A DNA stretch of 64,000 nt, from IMG/VR virus record IMGVR_UViG_3300030330_005471; one strand, given 5' to 3'. Below the pieces are notes generated by a model that was not told the origin of the DNA, made no database searches, and worked only from the letters and a program-made list of their open reading frames with translations. The position numbers and the translations under genes are program-made. Origin of the DNA: a virus. Its lineage: Duplodnaviria > Caudoviricetes. Positions within the stretch are counted from its first letter, which is position 1. Each line of letters opens with the position of its first letter. Below, in pieces: positions 25,981 to 35,393 of the stretch.

Positions 25981-26958
25981 ATGTTTGTATTATTATTTTT
26001 TATTCTTGGGTGTTTTTCGGATCACGGGTTGACACACGAAGTTATCAAGGAGGTGGAAGTAGTAGTTTACGACACAGCATATGTAGAAGTCGAGGTTGAA
26101 GTTGAAGTAGAAGTCGAGGTTGAAGTTGAGGTCGAGGTTCCTGAGCAGTATCCTCTCTGGGTACAGTCTGTAGAACAGCCGAAATTGGCCAATGGTATTG
26201 ATATTCTTTGGGTAGTAGACCCTTCGGGCTCCATGACAAATGATATGCCCAGAGTAGCCGATGGAGTGGCTCAAATGATGGCAGCTTTGCCAACCAATGT
26301 CTTTTGGAGATTGGAGATATTATCAACAGATTATGTTGCTGCAATGAATATGAGCTCTTTTCCTTTGCTGCCCGGCGATTCAGATTTGGATGCTCAAAAC
26401 CAAATGAATAATAATGTATCAGGCCATCGAGAAGGTGGACTTGAATCTGTTAAATATTTTATGTCTCAGAACATTGATGCTTATCAGTGGTTAAGAAGTG
26501 ACGCTGCTTTGCTAATTGTTTTTGTGTCCGATGAAGACGACAGAAGTACTGGTTTTGACGCAGGAGCTTTTATTGATTGGATAAAGTTGAGAAGAGAGAT
26601 TGTATATGTAACTGCTATCGTCAATCAAGATGTTGCAATTAGTGAATGCCCCGGACAGTTTAGTGCATTAAATGATGTAGGAAACGAATATATGGATGTT
26701 GCAAATTATTTTGGTGGAATTATCATTGACATCTGTTCCAATGATTGGACAGCTGGTGTAGCTCAAGCATCGAATCAGTTGCAATTGGTTGAGGAAATAA
26801 AGCTCGATCACCTTCCTGTCTCTGAACAACATATTGAAGTTTTTGTTGATGGGGCGATTTGGACAGACTGGACTTATGACATTGCAACCAATATTGTAAC
26901 CTTTACAGTCATCCCACCAGAAGAATCTCTTATAGAAGTTGTGTACAATTACCAATAG
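25981..26958 (+). CDS. VWA-domain lipoprotein
   Basis: Lipobox ILGC; DILWVVDPSGSM; IVFVSDEDD. Confidence 0.8.
   Translation: MFVLLFFILGCFSDHGLTHEVIKEVEVVVYDTAYVEVEVEVEVEVEVEVEVEVPEQYPLWVQSVEQPKLANGIDILWVVDPSGSMTNDMPRVADGVAQMMAALPTNVFWRLEILSTDYVAAMNMSSFPLLPGDSDLDAQNQMNNNVSGHREGGLESVKYFMSQNIDAYQWLRSDAALLIVFVSDEDDRSTGFDAGAFIDWIKLRREIVYVTAIVNQDVAISECPGQFSALNDVGNEYMDVANYFGGIIIDICSNDWTAGVAQASNQLQLVEEIKLDHLPVSEQHIEVFVDGAIWTDWTYDIATNIVTFTVIPPEESLIEVVYNYQ
26083..26139 (+). repeat. (VE)n coding repeat
   Basis: GT(A/C/T)GA(A/G) units with a 24-bp period. Confidence 0.85.
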
Positions 26959-26989
26959 AATATACTATTTATTCCAGAGGAATATTTGT

Positions 26990-29440
26990 ATGAAAATAAG
27001 AATAATAAAAGAAGGCTCTTTTACAGATGCTCTCGACCAAATGATAGGTTCGGATTTAGATAGTGTTTCTGGTGAAGAAAGTACGCTACCACCACAGGGT
27101 GCAAAAAAAAGAAAGCCACCACCTCGGGGAATGCAAACAAAGAAAAGATATGAACTCATACTCGAGAAAAGAGGTTACAATATTGAAAACATAGTTGAAC
27201 TTGGAAGCGGGATGTACGGCAGTGTTTTTAAGGTAATAAGCCCTGAAGGTGATGAGGTTGCTGTCAAGGTAATGCATGAAGGTGGTATTGGTGATATGGC
27301 TCTCAACCAAGAGATGTCAAATTATAGAACGGTTCAAGGAGCCAGAGAACAAAGCGAACTTGTGGCAAAACATTTTCCGGAAGTTTTTGACATGTTCAAA
27401 GAAGATCGATATGGTTTTATTGTTATGGAACTTCTAACCAACAAGGGCGGAAGAATGAGTCTTGTACAAGATATCTTTCAAGGACGAGAAGGATTGGTTG
27501 CTCCCACAGGAGACACTATTGAGCAAGGAGTTTATAAAAACATTAGAAGAAGAATGTATACATACCTCACGAACGACAGAGCAAGAAATAAGATTATCTC
27601 TACCCTTTTGGATGGAGTAGCTGAAAGTATTGTGGAAAGAGTTCAGCAAGAATTGTCTAGCTTACCCTTCCTGCAGATACCTGCTTTCGAAGCTGGTAAG
27701 GATGATGAACTTTACTTTAAGATTCTCAACAGGATGAATGAAGCATTCTTGTATACAGCTAGGGATGCGTTCCTTGATGGCTTTGGAGAACTAAAAAAAG
27801 AGTACCTAACAAACCCCGGTCTCTTAGTTTTTATTATTAAAGTTATGGAGATACTCAAAGAAGAAAGCATGATGGATTATTATCAAAGAAATGTTGGTAT
27901 TGCAATGGCATGGACTGACTTTCTTCGTAAAGGTTCGGCAATCGGTGTTCATAACCGTCCAGAAATGGCCAGAATGGACCGTGGAGGGGCTCCGGCAGAA
28001 GTAGGTGATGCAATAGGGGAGGCAGCTTCTATACGTGAAGCCATTGAGGAGCTAGAGCGTTTAACAGGACTTGCCGGTAGAGATATGCATGAAGGCAATG
28101 TTATGATACGTGAGTACACTGGTGATATTGTCATTGTTGATCTCGGATTATTTAAGCCTCGCTCTGAAGTTGTTGAGGAAAGAAAAAAGAAACGCAAAAA
28201 GCGTCGCAAAAAAAGAAGAAGCCCAAGACGTGCGGTCTATTGGGGTGGATACGGATACTATGACCATAGCGACTCTGGTGGAGACTTTGGTGGTGATGGT
28301 GGCGGTGGAGATGGTAAACGTGATGATGATAAGGAGAATGTTATGAAAAAAACCATTAAAGTAAAAGTTTTAAAAGAAAGGTGTGAAAAAGGATACAAAA
28401 CACACCCAACACAAAAGACAAAAGAAATGTATGGCAAGACATATAGAAACTGTGTTAAAGCAGATGAAGGTCAAATAAACGAAGAAGAAGTGGAAGAAGG
28501 AAAAATTTGCGATGCTGGTATCAGTTATGTTATTCGTACCGACCCCGGTGGCAAAGACATCAAGCGTGGAAAAGATACTGATGGAGATGGAAAGGGTGAA
28601 TTGAAAAATTGGTCAGCAAGGGCTGCTCAGATTGCATCTAAATATTGTAAAGACCCTGATTATGGTAAGGGACGCGGAAAAGATGCAAAAAATGAAGAAT
28701 TATCACCTGAAGATGAACAAGAACTGAAGGATATTGAATCAGAACTTGCAAAAGCGTCCAAGATGCACAAAAGTCAGAAGGTAAGAATTAAAAAAATTAG
28801 ACAAAAGCTTGACGAACGAAAGAAAAATTGTGGCTGTGGTCAAGATCCTTGTAAAACTTATGGAATTCAAGAAAAAAAAGACGGAGGTCTAAAAGATTGG
28901 GAAGAAGAAGATTGGACTCACTCCGATGGCAGTCCTTGTGGGGAACCAAAAGATGGTGGCGACGGTTCAGATAGTCGCTGTAAGCCATCCGCTAAATGGA
29001 AAACAATGTCATCAGCAGAAAAAGCAGCAGACAATAGGAAGAAAGCTGCTGGTACTAAAAAAGGCAAGCAATATGTAAAGTCAAATCATCCTGTTACTAA
29101 AGCTCACACCAAAAGAAATGAGAATTTAACTGAAGAAAAACACAAAACTGTTAAAATTAAGGTCAAGCAAGAACTTGATGAAAAGAAAAAGAAAAGAAAA
29201 AAGAAGCCTTGTAAGAAAGCAAAGGGTAAAAGATACGTCAAACGCGTAAATGGCAAGTGCAGATCTTACGGTCAAGCAGGAAAAGCCAAGGGAGGCGGTG
29301 ATAGGATTCGCCCCGGAACTAAAAAAGGTGATGCTTATTGCGCTCGATCAGCTAAAATCAAAAAATGTAAGAATCCACCATGTGCAAACGACCTTTCTAG
29401 AAAGAAATGGAAGTGCCGTGGCTCCAAATCTATGAAGTAG
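26990..29440 (+). CDS. protein kinase domain fused to a chain of small basic/Cys-rich modules
   Basis: LGSGMYGSVF, VAVK, RDMHEGN, DLG; then CEKGY..RNCVK, NCGCGQDPC, GDAYCARS..KKWKC modules. Confidence 0.75.
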   Translation: MKIRIIKEGSFTDALDQMIGSDLDSVSGEESTLPPQGAKKRKPPPRGMQTKKRYELILEKRGYNIENIVELGSGMYGSVFKVISPEGDEVAVKVMHEGGIGDMALNQEMSNYRTVQGAREQSELVAKHFPEVFDMFKEDRYGFIVMELLTNKGGRMSLVQDIFQGREGLVAPTGDTIEQGVYKNIRRRMYTYLTNDRARNKIISTLLDGVAESIVERVQQELSSLPFLQIPAFEAGKDDELYFKILNRMNEAFLYTARDAFLDGFGELKKEYLTNPGLLVFIIKVMEILKEESMMDYYQRNVGIAMAWTDFLRKGSAIGVHNRPEMARMDRGGAPAEVGDAIGEAASIREAIEELERLTGLAGRDMHEGNVMIREYTGDIVIVDLGLFKPRSEVVEERKKKRKKRRKKRRSPRRAVYWGGYGYYDHSDSGGDFGGDGGGGDGKRDDDKENVMKKTIKVKVLKERCEKGYKTHPTQKTKEMYGKTYRNCVKADEGQINEEEVEEGKICDAGISYVIRTDPGGKDIKRGKDTDGDGKGELKNWSARAAQIASKYCKDPDYGKGRGKDAKNEELSPEDEQELKDIESELAKASKMHKSQKVRIKKIRQKLDERKKNCGCGQDPCKTYGIQEKKDGGLKDWEEEDWTHSDGSPCGEPKDGGDGSDSRCKPSAKWKTMSSAEKAADNRKKAAGTKKGKQYVKSNHPVTKAHTKRNENLTEEKHKTVKIKVKQELDEKKKKRKKKPCKKAKGKRYVKRVNGKCRSYGQAGKAKGGGDRIRPGTKKGDAYCARSAKIKKCKNPPCANDLSRKKWKCRGSKSMK

Positions 29441-29501
29441 TACTGGTTATTTAACCGCTTTTGGCACTACTTACTATGTAAAGCATCGGAGGCACTATGA
29501 A

Positions 29502-29765
29502 ATGGAGATTTTACTTGAATCATTAGCACAATATGGACCACTTGGTCTGTGGACTGCATCATTATTATACGCAAATTATCAAACTCGTAAAGACGCAAAG
29601 GAAGAAGAACGACTTTTGCAAGACAAAGTTATAGATAAGCTGCATAAACAACATGCAATGTTAGAAAAAGCTCTAGAAAAGTTAGATGCTGGTCTTATAA
29701 CTATGCGTGAAAAATATGCTGAAGAAAGATTAAGAAATTTACAGAATAATAACAATAATAATTGA
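29502..29765 (+). CDS. holin-like small membrane protein
   Basis: N-terminal TM segment QYGPLGLWTASLLY followed by coiled coil. Confidence 0.5.
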   Translation: MEILLESLAQYGPLGLWTASLLYANYQTRKDAKEEERLLQDKVIDKLHKQHAMLEKALEKLDAGLITMREKYAEERLRNLQNNNNNN

Positions 29766-29847
29766 TTAATTCTAAATTAATAATCATGTATATATTATAA
29801 CCTTAATTAAAAGAAAATATATAAAAGAAAAAACTTTCATAAATCAT

Positions 29848-29876
29848 TTGACAAACCCTCCCAAGTATGTTATATT
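29848..29876 (+). promoter_or_regulatory. sigma70-type promoter
   Basis: TTGACA-N17-TATATT with extended -10. Confidence 0.75.
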
Positions 29877-29920
29877 GTAATTGTTACAGTGGAATGAAAC
29901 AAAAAACTATTTATAATAAT

Positions 29921-29949
29921 ATTATAACATGATTTAAGGAGGTTGTCAA
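29921..29949 (-). promoter_or_regulatory. consensus antisense sigma70 promoter
   Basis: Reverse strand reads TTGACA-N17-TATAAT with TG extension. Confidence 0.7.
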
Positions 29950-31341
29950 GTGAAATATAAAAAAATATCTTTTGATTGGGACAATACAATAGCTATGAGC
30001 TATATGATTGACTCTGAAGAAGACTCAGAGTTACCAATTTATAACTTTCAGGGCTACAATATAGACATTATTGAGAAAATTAAAGAATATCATTCTCAAG
30101 GAGTTGAATTGTACATCGTTACTTCAAGAAAAAGGTCTCTTGAAGAGTATTATCCTGAAGATTCAGTGGAATTTCAACTAAAAAGGTTAAAATTAGACCA
30201 CATCTTCCCCTCAGTAAGGGTTCACTATACCGAAGGAGACTTAAAAGCAAAAACTTTGAGGCAATTGGGCATAGAATTACACCATGATGACAGCATGGAA
30301 GAGATATTAGAGTGTCAAAGGTACGGAATTGAAGTACTTTCTTCTCTTAAAAGCTATAAAGACTCAAATATTGTCACTAAAGGTATCATTACAGACATTC
30401 ATAACAGTATTTTGTTACTTAGAAGAACAGATGAAGGTACTAAATGGGACATTCCGGGTGGTCATATCAAAAATATTGAGGTTGAACGCGGTCTAAAAGG
30501 TATTGCTGATGGTTATGAGCGTGAAGTAGCCGAGGAAACTGGCTTAATTGTACCTCAATCGAGGTTAATTCATCAATATACTCACACTTGGAAGGGTGAA
30601 GACATGGATATGCACATATTATGGACAGATTATGCCGTAGAAGAACCACCAGTTGACCTATTTGTACAAGATTTTCAAGAAAATTCGGAGTTTGTATGGG
30701 CTCAAGAGGAAGATTTGCACATATATATGGCAAATATGACTGAAGTAGCCTCAATTGCTATACAATTTTACCTTGATAATACAGATAATCCCGAAATTAT
30801 GGAAGGAAAATACCTTCCATCACAGTCTCAGTCGTGGGCTAAGATGAAAAAGAAGCTAACAGAGATAAAAAAACCACAAATTACAAACGTTTCCGAAGAA
30901 AGGGAACGAAAAAAAAAAGAATTAAGGTTAAAATTATCAAAAATATTAGCAAAAACTACTAAAAGTTCCTCAAAAGGTAAGCGAGGTGGCAATATATTGG
31001 ACATTTTAAACGATATGGATAGCATATTAAAGGGCAATCCAATGATAAATGCCTCTCAAGAAGAGAAAGATTTGTATTTTGCGGAAACATTGAGTAAATT
31101 CATGAAGGATTCGAATGGAAATCCGTTTGAACAAGTCAAAATTAAGGGCGAAGGGTATGGTTATTACTACTCAATGAGCGATAAGAAGACAATTTTGGTC
31201 CCAAGAGCTGGAGAATACTACTTAATCTCCAATAAAGCTGACCACAAAGGCCGATTAAGGTTGTATTCTCACTATAAATTCACCACAGGGATAGTTATTT
31301 TGGTTCCGGAAGACGAAATTGAAAGAATTGGGTGGAATTGA
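29950..31341 (+). CDS. HAD-like + NUDIX hydrolase fusion
   Basis: SFDWDNT; WDIPGGH...REVAEETG. Confidence 0.75.
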   Translation: MKYKKISFDWDNTIAMSYMIDSEEDSELPIYNFQGYNIDIIEKIKEYHSQGVELYIVTSRKRSLEEYYPEDSVEFQLKRLKLDHIFPSVRVHYTEGDLKAKTLRQLGIELHHDDSMEEILECQRYGIEVLSSLKSYKDSNIVTKGIITDIHNSILLLRRTDEGTKWDIPGGHIKNIEVERGLKGIADGYEREVAEETGLIVPQSRLIHQYTHTWKGEDMDMHILWTDYAVEEPPVDLFVQDFQENSEFVWAQEEDLHIYMANMTEVASIAIQFYLDNTDNPEIMEGKYLPSQSQSWAKMKKKLTEIKKPQITNVSEERERKKKELRLKLSKILAKTTKSSSKGKRGGNILDILNDMDSILKGNPMINASQEEKDLYFAETLSKFMKDSNGNPFEQVKIKGEGYGYYYSMSDKKTILVPRAGEYYLISNKADHKGRLRLYSHYKFTTGIVILVPEDEIERIGWN

Positions 31342-31472
31342 TGACCGAATTTGTTGAAAAATGGCTTATTTTTCTGTTATCTGTGGTCTTTTTTATGATA
31401 ATTTACTATTTTAGTGGGTTCGAGGTCACAATCATCCTGATTTTACTAGTTATTTTGAACAAAATGAGGTAA
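31341..31472 (+). CDS. 43-aa two-TM membrane protein
   Basis: MTEFVEKWLIFLLSVVFFMIIYYFSGFEVTIILILLVILNKMR. Confidence 0.55.
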   Translation: MTEFVEKWLIFLLSVVFFMIIYYFSGFEVTIILILLVILNKMR

Positions 31473-31479
31473 TTTGCAC

Positions 31480-31866
31480 ATGAAAATCACAAAAAATAAG
31501 CTATTAGAGTTAATTCAAGAGGAATTTGCCCTTGTAAAAGCCGAGGATACCCCTCAAAATAACCCAATTTCGGCCCCAAATAACCCTTATTTCGACTATC
31601 CTGACGAGGAAGGAAAGATGGCAAAACGCCAATTAGAGCAGTTATCTGACTATTCTAACGAACTTTTGGGTATGTTGAATGACAATGAACAGCTTGAATC
31701 TTGGGTTCAAAGTAAGATTACCAAGGCTGTTGACTATATTTCGACTGTAAAGCATTATTTAGAGTACGAAATGGGTATGGGTAATGAAGAAAGTGGTGGT
31801 TGTGGCTCAAATCCTCACGATATGAGTGGAGAAAAGCTCCATATTTACGAAGAAGAAGAAACCTGA
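31480..31866 (+). CDS. putative virion internal protein
   Basis: MKITKNKLLELIQEE; LESWVQSKITKAVDYI. Confidence 0.7.
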   Translation: MKITKNKLLELIQEEFALVKAEDTPQNNPISAPNNPYFDYPDEEGKMAKRQLEQLSDYSNELLGMLNDNEQLESWVQSKITKAVDYISTVKHYLEYEMGMGNEESGGCGSNPHDMSGEKLHIYEEEET

Positions 31867-31908
31867 CCTGATAAAATGTAGATCGGTCGATTTACAATAG
31901 GATAAATA

Positions 31909-32151
31909 ATGACTCTGGGACAAACGTATCTAGATAAATTTAAAATTGGAGATTATGTTCATTGGAGAACAATAATTAGAGATTCAAATTACGATGAATA
32001 CTATAAAGAATACTGGGGCATAATAACAAGCTTCGAAAATGTAAAAAATAGAAATAAAAGAGATGTCTGGTATGCTCTCGTGCTAGAAAACAAAAGCGGA
32101 AGAACAATACCAGTATTATTGCATAAAATACGAAAAGTGGAGACTAATTAA
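31909..32151 (+). CDS. GDLV-family small protein
   Basis: FKIGDYVHW. Confidence 0.65.
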   Translation: MTLGQTYLDKFKIGDYVHWRTIIRDSNYDEYYKEYWGIITSFENVKNRNKRDVWYALVLENKSGRTIPVLLHKIRKVETN

Positions 32152-32154
32152 TAT

Positions 32155-33264
32155 ATGTCTTGTAAAATACACAACAACTCTGACTATGATATATCTGAGA
32201 TGAAACCTTTGATAAGAAATCTGTATGGTTTCGCAAAGGATAGGTTTGGTTTTAAGAAACCGCCTTCAATTGATTTTGTCTCGGACCAAACGAACCACCC
32301 AATGCTTGGTAAAACAGCACACTATGAGCCTACATCAATGAAGATAACCATATATACTGATGGTCGTCATCCAAAAGATATGATGCGTTCTATTGCTCAT
32401 GAACTGGTTCACCATATGCAGAATGAGAATGGCCATTTTGACGACGAAATGATGACTCAAATGGGTTATGCCCAAAAAGATCCACATTTGAGAAAAATGG
32501 AAGAAGAAGCCTATTTAGAAGGTAATATGTGTTTTAGAGATTGGGAAGATCAATACAAAACCAAAAACAAAGATATTTTTTACGAAAGGAGAATACGCAA
32601 AATGTCAACGAAAAAATGGAAAAACAAGGAGCTTAATGGGCTTTTAAACGAACGTTGGGGATTCTCCATGAATCTCGATAAACTAAACGAAGGTAGTAAA
32701 AAAAAGAAACCTGACGAAGATGGAGACGGTGTTCCTGACTGGGCTGATAAAAAACCCGGAAAAGATGATCACGAAGAAGAGAAAGAAGAGAAAGAAGAAG
32801 AAGTTAACGAGATAAATATGAAAAATGCTCTTTCTGGTGACACTGATGAAACACCAATGAGTGATCTTGAAGCTCAAGAAGAAGCACCCAATACTCTTCA
32901 AAATGCTCCGAAAGAAAATCTTGACGCACTAATAGCAGCAGTAAAAGATGCTGGAACGCAACAACAGGTTGATGAACTAGCTGAGATGATTAAAGCATAT
33001 TTATCAACACTCACTCCATCACCTGAAGATGTACAAGAGGCTGCTGATTTATCTATTGGTGACGTATCAGAAAAACAAGCCAAGATTAGAACTGCCATAA
33101 TTATGGCTATAAAAAAAGCCACTGGACTGACACTTAAGCCTGAAAATGTTAGTGATGTTGTAGATACTGTTCTAGCTGCCGTGCAGGGTTATTCAACAAC
33201 TCGTCAAGCTGCTGTAAAACACTTGGCTCAAACACCATCTAAAGAAAAAACTAATGAAAATTAA
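32155..33264 (+). CDS. zinc metallopeptidase-domain (HExxH) protein
   Basis: IAHELVHHMQ...EEEAY; DEDGDGVPD motif. Confidence 0.7.
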   Translation: MSCKIHNNSDYDISEMKPLIRNLYGFAKDRFGFKKPPSIDFVSDQTNHPMLGKTAHYEPTSMKITIYTDGRHPKDMMRSIAHELVHHMQNENGHFDDEMMTQMGYAQKDPHLRKMEEEAYLEGNMCFRDWEDQYKTKNKDIFYERRIRKMSTKKWKNKELNGLLNERWGFSMNLDKLNEGSKKKKPDEDGDGVPDWADKKPGKDDHEEEKEEKEEEVNEINMKNALSGDTDETPMSDLEAQEEAPNTLQNAPKENLDALIAAVKDAGTQQQVDELAEMIKAYLSTLTPSPEDVQEAADLSIGDVSEKQAKIRTAIIMAIKKATGLTLKPENVSDVVDTVLAAVQGYSTTRQAAVKHLAQTPSKEKTNEN

Positions 33265-34183
33265 AATTAATAAAAAAGAAGAAATAGAGGAAGTCTCTGC
33301 TGTGGGTGTAGGGGCAATACAAGGAAGTGCTGTTAGTAATATGGCATCTCACCCACCAAGACAAGGGACGGATAAAAGAATGAAACAAGATGAACAAACT
33401 GAACAAATGTTAAGAGAATACATCAGAAACAAGATCAGGCAAACACTAGATGAAGAAAAGAAACAAGAACAACAACTTCGAGAAGTGATTCGTTCGATTA
33501 TCAAAGAAGCCAAAGATCAGGCTAACCCTCACCCAAGTACTGGTATTAATAAACTTCGTGATGCTTTTCGTAAAGCAAAGCCCTCTATCAAATCAAAGTT
33601 TCAACAATTAACAACATCAGAAGAGCAGAGAACATCTTTTACGGCTCATCTTTTGAATGCATTCATAAGCCTCTTTCAACAGATGGACGCGTTAAATGCT
33701 CAAGGTGGGGACCCCGAACCTGTACCAGATGCAGAGATAGCGGGACCTTCTTTGGCCGCTCCTCCTGAAGGAGAAGATGTCCAAGCAGATATAAAAGATG
33801 ATATCTCAAATCTTCTACAAGAGATATCTGTTGATATAGAAGACGACGAAAACATTGATGTAGTAACAGATGAAGAAGAACCAGCACCACAATCACAAGT
33901 AGAAAAGGATGTTGAGAAAAAGAAGAACTTAAATGCCGAAAGAGAAGAATTTGGTTCTGGTCTCTCCGATATGGATAAGACCGGTAGAAACCAATCCTTT
34001 GATGCATTTCGTTTAGTACAGTCATATTTTTCTGATGCTTATCTGGACTTAGATAATGAAACAGATAGACAGATGTTTAAAGATTGGTGTCTGTATAATC
34101 TCGAACTGTTGCTTAAGTCATATGAGTCTGAGCTCAACCCTGCTCTTGAAAAACCTGAGATTGAGAATCCGGAAGGTGCCTAG
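33254..34183 (+). CDS. hypothetical protein (scaffold/internal-protein-like)
   Basis: LREVIRSIIKE repeats; acidic. Confidence 0.65.
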   Translation: MKIKINKKEEIEEVSAVGVGAIQGSAVSNMASHPPRQGTDKRMKQDEQTEQMLREYIRNKIRQTLDEEKKQEQQLREVIRSIIKEAKDQANPHPSTGINKLRDAFRKAKPSIKSKFQQLTTSEEQRTSFTAHLLNAFISLFQQMDALNAQGGDPEPVPDAEIAGPSLAAPPEGEDVQADIKDDISNLLQEISVDIEDDENIDVVTDEEEPAPQSQVEKDVEKKKNLNAEREEFGSGLSDMDKTGRNQSFDAFRLVQSYFSDAYLDLDNETDRQMFKDWCLYNLELLLKSYESELNPALEKPEIENPEGA

Positions 34184-34536
34184 TGTGGCAAAAGAAAAAC
34201 AATGAATATAAAGGCAAGTCTTATTATTACTCAACGATAAACAAACTAAAGAAAGAAAAGAAGATAAACGATAAGTTTGAAAACATGCTATCTGCTCTAA
34301 CTCTAGAAGAAATAATAGCAGTTAAACTTGAGCTTTCCGCGAGATATCTCAACAACAGAATGTACAACTTTCAGATTTGGAAGTCACTGGAGTCTATTTG
34401 CAAAGAAGCTGTTGTTCGTTTTGCTCTTTCTTCATGCCGCTCAAAACTTGACGCCGCAAGCTTTTTAGGATTAAGTCTTGGTGAATTAAATATTAATTTA
34501 AAAAAAATGAACATTTTTCTTGACAACAAAGAATGA
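34183..34536 (+). CDS. Fis-type helix-turn-helix protein
   Basis: C-terminal ALSSCRSKLDAASFLGLSLGELNINLKKM resembles the Fis/NtrC HTH. Confidence 0.6.
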   Translation: MWQKKNNEYKGKSYYYSTINKLKKEKKINDKFENMLSALTLEEIIAVKLELSARYLNNRMYNFQIWKSLESICKEAVVRFALSSCRSKLDAASFLGLSLGELNINLKKMNIFLDNKE

Positions 34537-34548
34537 ACGTGTTATAAT
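34520..34548 (+). promoter_or_regulatory. sigma70-type promoter
   Basis: TTGACA-N17-TATAAT. Confidence 0.8.
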
Positions 34549-34565
34549 ATAGTTGTAGGTGGAAA

Positions 34566-35393
34566 ATGAAAAACATTGTTTTATTTGACATGGATGGAAC
34601 TCTTACCAAACCAAGGAAAGTGATCGAAGATGGTATCATCCCTGCTTTAAGGGAACTATCAAAGGTATCTGAAATTGGTATTGTTACTGGTTCTGATTAT
34701 GATTATGTCCACCAACAAATAGGAATGCTGCTGGAGAAGTCGGAGTTAAGATACCGAATTCATATCCTCCCCTGTAATGGCACAAAATATTATCCTCCTC
34801 CCAACAGTGCCAACAAAGAGTATCGAATAGCTCACCAAGTTAATATGAGAGAAAAATTAGGTGAAACCAAGTTTAGAGCTGTTATTTCGTACCTTCTCCA
34901 GCGGCAGCACCTTATGAAATTGTATGATATCCCTTTCACAGGTCACCATATAGATTATAGAGGTTCTCTTATCAACTGGTGTCCGATAGGACGAAATGCC
35001 AATGAAGCGGATAGAACACAATTCATAGAATTTGATACTAAGGGCAGCAGCACCGACACATTTCGACACGACGAAATAAGAGGTTTTAATGTTCGAGTTA
35101 TAAATGACATGCTTATAAAGGATATTACAATTAAAATGGGCGGAGATACATCGTTTGATATATTCCCAATAGGATGGGATAAAACATATTGCCTAAGACA
35201 TTTTAAAGATTATCAACCAGCTTATTTTGTTGGTGATCGTTGTGAGCCAAACGGAAATGATTGGGAAATATACAACGCTCTTAGTTACAATGGCCGAGCT
35301 TTTAAAACCACAGGCCCTGAACAGACATCTGAAATTATCTTTGATCACATTATTCCTTCTATCCTGCGTAGCGGGGAACAAGATGATAGATGA
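34566..35393 (+). CDS. phosphomannomutase, eukaryote-type HAD-IIB (PMM2/Sec53-like)
   Basis: LFDMDGTLT.PR, GSD, NWCPIGR, GG.TSFDIFPIGWDKTYCL, GD...GNDWEI. Confidence 0.88.
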   Translation: MKNIVLFDMDGTLTKPRKVIEDGIIPALRELSKVSEIGIVTGSDYDYVHQQIGMLLEKSELRYRIHILPCNGTKYYPPPNSANKEYRIAHQVNMREKLGETKFRAVISYLLQRQHLMKLYDIPFTGHHIDYRGSLINWCPIGRNANEADRTQFIEFDTKGSSTDTFRHDEIRGFNVRVINDMLIKDITIKMGGDTSFDIFPIGWDKTYCLRHFKDYQPAYFVGDRCEPNGNDWEIYNALSYNGRAFKTTGPEQTSEIIFDHIIPSILRSGEQDDR

